Positions 41,611 through 42,689 of a stretch of 42,689 nucleotides of DNA are shown piece by piece. Below the pieces are notes generated by a model. That model saw only the letters and a list, made by a program, of their open reading frames with translations, did not search any database and was not told the DNA's origin. Within the stretch, counting starts at the first letter, position 1. The number at the start of each line of letters is the position of its first letter. The translations under genes were made by a program, and so were the position numbers. The DNA comes from Hyphomicrobiales bacterium (GTDB taxonomy: Bacteria > Pseudomonadota > Alphaproteobacteria > Rhizobiales > GCA-2746425): contig NVXB01000001.1 in assembly GCA_002746425.1 (NCBI GenBank), positions 61,604 to 104,292 of the forward strand. Reading direction: 5' to 3'.

Positions 41611-42687
41611 TTAATTTTCCGTTATTAATGATTCAAATTGTGTATTTTGGTCAACATTATTTACATGTCTAATATTACCAAACGCTTTTTTACCAGATGG
41701 GTGTACTGTCTTTTCTAAAATATTCTCATACTGAGAAAAAGTTTCATTAGATTTAATATCATAAGAATATTCTTGGTAATAAAATGAATCCTGTAAGAAT
41801 TTTTTATTGCTAAGAAAACTGTTATCATCTTGATAATATCCTTCCAATTGTCCTACTGCTCCTACAATTGTCCTGCCAGAAATAATCTTACCTGCGCCGT
41901 TTGTTAAACTAATAACCACACCATCTTCATAATTAAAGAGAGATGAAATAATAGTTACTGTTTCGGCTTTATTGATTCCAAAATCTGGATATCCAAGAAT
42001 AACAGCATTGTTTCCCAGAAATCCTCCATTACCATCATCGATTTCTAAATCTGATATTTCTGTGTCATTAGCGTATATATCAACAATTTCATCATATCCA
42101 ATACCAGGATCAAGTGTTATAAGTGTAGAAATTGGACCAACGTTATAGGTTTGAAATTGTAGAGCAACACCAATAATTGTAGTAGTATTTGCTGGCGAAA
42201 TTCCAGGCATTGCATAGTCCGCTGCATTTAAATTAGTATTAGCATATGGAGCAAGAGCTACATTTGACACACTTAAAGTTAAGTCGGCAACAATCGGACC
42301 GATGATAAATTCAGCGCCCGTGCCTGGAATACCTCTTTTTACTACGGAAACATCAGTGAAAGTTTCTCTATAACCAGAACCATTTACTGTAATTTCTGGG
42401 TTAATAACACCAACATCTTCAATAGTGTCAATAGACGACACCACAAATTCTAAATCTGAATTTATGCTATCATAAAATATCTGGCCTTTAGATAAATCAT
42501 TACTAGAATAAGAAATTGACATGCCAGTTAATGAACCTAATATTTTAGGGCTGTCATTAATTTCATTTATGCTGTTGTAAATTCTTTCATGTCTCTTGAA
42601 TTCACCTGCGATATGTGAAATCCAAAGAATATTGTTTTTCTTGCCATTGTAAATAATATTTTCATATGATTCTACGAAAGCAGTTGC
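41611..42687 (-). CDS. baseplate structural protein in the gp7 position, C-terminal part (N-terminus outside the window)
   Basis: The - strand frame stays open from 42687 through the ORF-track ATG at 42522, with no stop. The gene therefore continues beyond the window edge. The functional assignment is positional only. Confidence 0.4.
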   Translation of the reverse strand, partial: ATAFVESYENIIYNGKKNNILWISHIAGEFKRHERIYNSINEINDSPKILGSLTGMSISYSSNDLSKGQIFYDSINSDLEFVVSSIDTIEDVGVINPEITVNGSGYRETFTDVSVVKRGIPGTGAEFIIGPIVADLTLSVSNVALAPYANTNLNAADYAMPGISPANTTTIIGVALQFQTYNVGPISTLITLDPGIGYDEIVDIYANDTEISDLEIDDGNGGFLGNNAVILGYPDFGINKAETVTIISSLFNYEDGVVISLTNGAGKIISGRTIVGAVGQLEGYYQDDNSFLSNKKFLQDSFYYQEYSYDIKSNETFSQYENILEKTVHPSGKKAFGNIRHVNNVDQNTQFESLITEN

Positions 42688-42689
42688 TT

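Overview
AT-rich segment of a T4-like myovirus genome. All protein family calls come from motif-level comparison with remembered T4 protein sequences, since no database search was possible. The left arm (about 1-14.8 kb, + strand) holds early/middle genes. These include a 5'-truncated Rnl2-type RNA ligase, many small hypothetical genes (several as tandem paralog pairs), and a DUF1127-like micro-protein missing from the ORF track. They also include a DUF1599-like gene, a gp42-like dCMP hydroxymethylase and a dCMP deaminase. Further along are a family-B DNA polymerase (gp43-like) carrying a 162-aa mini-intein in the DTDS motif, UvsX recombinase, gp41 helicase, a candidate two-component spanin and two metallophosphoesterases. 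A bidirectional hairpin terminator at about 14.76-14.79 kb separates this arm from the late structural arm (14.8-42.7 kb, - strand). The late arm follows T4 gene order: baseplate (gp7-position partial, gp8), a giant 1904-aa structural protein, a fibre-like protein, then gp13, gp14, gp15, gp16, gp17, gp18, gp19, gp20, gp67, a gp68-position protein, gp21, gp22 and gp23. T4-type late promoters (TATAAATA) precede gp23, gp22, gp19 and gp18. The late arm is interrupted by three opposite-strand cassettes, each driven by a sigma70-like TTGTTTACA-N17-TATnnn promoter. These cassettes carry a free-standing homing-endonuclease-like gene, a duplicated ORF+tRNA module (tRNA-Gly-UCC and tRNA-CAU) and a frameshifted DUF4031-like gene. 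Two same-strand paralogous accessory genes with DUF4116-like repeats are also inserted directly after gp15 and gp14. The most noteworthy items are the polymerase intein, the hydroxymethylcytosine-type gene module, the DUF4116-repeat paralogs in the neck/terminase module, the ORF+tRNA cassette duplication and two recurrent promoter architectures.
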